Assembly: GCA_964586255.1 (NCBI GenBank)
Contig: CAZPGE010000002.1
Location: 42,065-106,064 of the forward strand
DNA: 64,000 bases
Source: an uncultured Candidatus Saccharibacteria bacterium
GTDB taxonomy: Bacteria > Patescibacteriota > Minisyncoccia > Phycocordibacterales > UBA2100
Reading direction: 5' to 3'
The position numbers were made by a program, and so were the translations under genes. Shown one piece after another: positions 62,976 to 64,000 of the stretch. Position 1 is the first letter of the stretch; the number at the start of each line of letters is the position of its first letter. Under the pieces are notes generated by a model that saw nothing but the letters and a program-made list of their open reading frames with translations, was not told the DNA's origin and did no database searches.

Positions 62976-64000
62976 CTACTCGATGTATTCAGGATTTCCT
63001 TCTCCAGCGCGGATGCGGGAAACCTGGAATGGCTTGAGGTATTCGAGTACCCACAGGAGCACTTTTTTCATGTTTTCGAGCAGGGCAAAGAGCGTCGAGC
63101 TGTTTCGGGTGGTGGAAACCGGCTGGCCGACCTCGTTGAGGTTGGGAGACGTAAATGTTTGCTGTGCGCCGACGAGCTGCAAGCTGGCGACACTGCCAGT
63201 CGCAAGGAGTGCCACCGTTCGGCTCGTGCCCTGACTTGTGGTGGAAGCCTGATTTTGCGAGAGACCTAGAATAAGCTGCAAAGGTGTGGAGGTACCCACC
63301 GATGTCGAGGTGGCGCTCACGCCACCGAGCTCACCAATGATATCGATAGTAGATGTGGCATTCGTGTTGGTATTTGTACTCTCGCTCGATGTGGCAGCTA
63401 TGCATGCACCATTCCGGCATCCTGCGGAGCACATCTGCGAGACTTGTGTTGCGCAGAAAGAGTTTTGATAGAGCAGCGTGTTGCCGGAGCATTTGTACTC
63501 GGGCATGCAGAACTGCGATTGTGTCGGCAGCGGGAGTTCGGATGTGGTGGGGGAAGGTGCGGGCGTGACATTGGAAGTAGGAATCGACGGTTGCTGCGGT
63601 TGTTGCGGCTGCATGCCAAGCGCTTGACGCACCTGGTTCGCAAGACCTCCCGTAGGTGTGCCGGGCCCGGGAATGTTTGATGTGTCAGGTGTAATGCTGA
63701 AATCCCCACCACAGCCCCTTGTCTCCTGGGTGCAGTTCGCTTTCAGATTTTCCACGCACTGGAGGTGCCGGTATCCTGCATGTTCCGCATACGCGGAGTG
63801 GATACCGAAAGGAGAGTTGGCGTTTTGTCTACCGAGTGTTGCGAGTATCCAGTTGAGGCACTGCGTACTTCCGCCCACATCGACCGCGAGACCATACTGG
63901 TGACACGATCTTCCCTGCGCGGCACATGCGCCCCCGTTGGGATTGCACTTCTGAACCGGACGCATGGCACTATTGATGGTGAGGCGACAGCCTTTTGTCT
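62976..64000 (-). CDS. Secreted protein with M15-like HxxGxAxD motif, Gln/Pro linker and 6-Cys module; 5' end probably beyond the window
   Basis: HQYGLAVDV. ...CMPEYKCSGNTLLYQNSFCATQVSQMCSAGCRNGACIA parallels the Cys module in the 38301 protein. Confidence 0.45.
   Translation of the reverse strand, partial: TKGCRLTINSAMRPVQKCNPNGGACAAQGRSCHQYGLAVDVGGSTQCLNWILATLGRQNANSPFGIHSAYAEHAGYRHLQCVENLKANCTQETRGCGGDFSITPDTSNIPGPGTPTGGLANQVRQALGMQPQQPQQPSIPTSNVTPAPSPTTSELPLPTQSQFCMPEYKCSGNTLLYQNSFCATQVSQMCSAGCRNGACIAATSSESTNTNTNATSTIDIIGELGGVSATSTSVGTSTPLQLILGLSQNQASTTSQGTSRTVALLATGSVASLQLVGAQQTFTSPNLNEVGQPVSTTRNSSTLFALLENMKKVLLWVLEYLKPFQVSRIRAGEGNPEYIE

Overview
This is a bacterial chromosomal window of about 57% GC. 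Its backbone is the conserved str-S10-spc-alpha ribosomal superoperon, with an infC-rpmI-rplT operon on the minus strand near the end.

- fusA is 5'-truncated at 1..1239 and tuf is at 11125..12327.
- rpsJ is at 19495..19857.
- The rplC-rplD-rplW-rplB-rpsS-rplV-rpsC-rplP-rpmC-rpsQ-rplN-rplX-rplE ... rpsZ-rpsH-rplF-rplR-rpsE-rplO-secY-adk-map run spans 39965..54040.

Gene content and order suggest a reduced genome, possibly Patescibacteria/CPR. There is no L30 gene between rpsE and rplO, no S10-L3 adjacency, and many overlapping start/stop codons. That placement is inference.

The superoperon is interrupted by three accessory blocks.

1. fusA|tuf (1299..10888): a cluster of secreted and surface proteins.
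   - An 889-aa protein carries PG-binding, discoidin-like and beta-helix-like modules.
   - Three tandem paralogs share a conserved domain of about 150 aa.
   - Several proteins have glycine-rich domains.
   - Two adjacent genes share a perfectly identical 1167-bp 3' half.

2. tuf|rpsJ (12385..17980): a Fic gene followed by small genes separated by a recurring GC-hairpin/linker repeat. The small genes include a DEDDh exonuclease, a nucleotidyltransferase-like protein and a GT2 glycosyltransferase.

3. rpsJ|rplC (19920..39860): two paralogous YcaO-centred cassettes, which I consider the most interesting feature of the window.
   - Each YcaO gene is divergently paired with a small ORF whose C-terminus is Cys/Gly/Ser/Thr-rich and resembles microcin B17. 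Both small ORFs carry a conserved motif VAHADAP(Y/V)DPN(S/A)CT and an unusual N-terminal hydrophobic segment.
   - Each small ORF is co-directional with a paralogous TM-anchored helical protein.
   - Locus 1 adds a SagB-type dehydrogenase, a PRTase-PQQ-propeller fusion and two PP-loop ATPases.
   - Locus 2 adds a DsbA-like oxidoreductase, a membrane rhodanese and a TPR protein.
   - Small secreted Cys-rich peptide genes sit between the loci, two of them behind a conserved structured 5' leader.
   - This looks like an undescribed TOMM/LAP-like RiPP system. Its putative substrates appear membrane-tethered and no obvious E1-like partner is present.

The ribosomal operon itself carries atypical inserts: a methyltransferase, an LMW-PTP/ArsC and a Fis-HTH protein between rplE and rpsZ; gmk before adk; purD and a large VirD4/HerA-like ATPase after map. 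No CRISPR array, rRNA or convincing tRNA was found.
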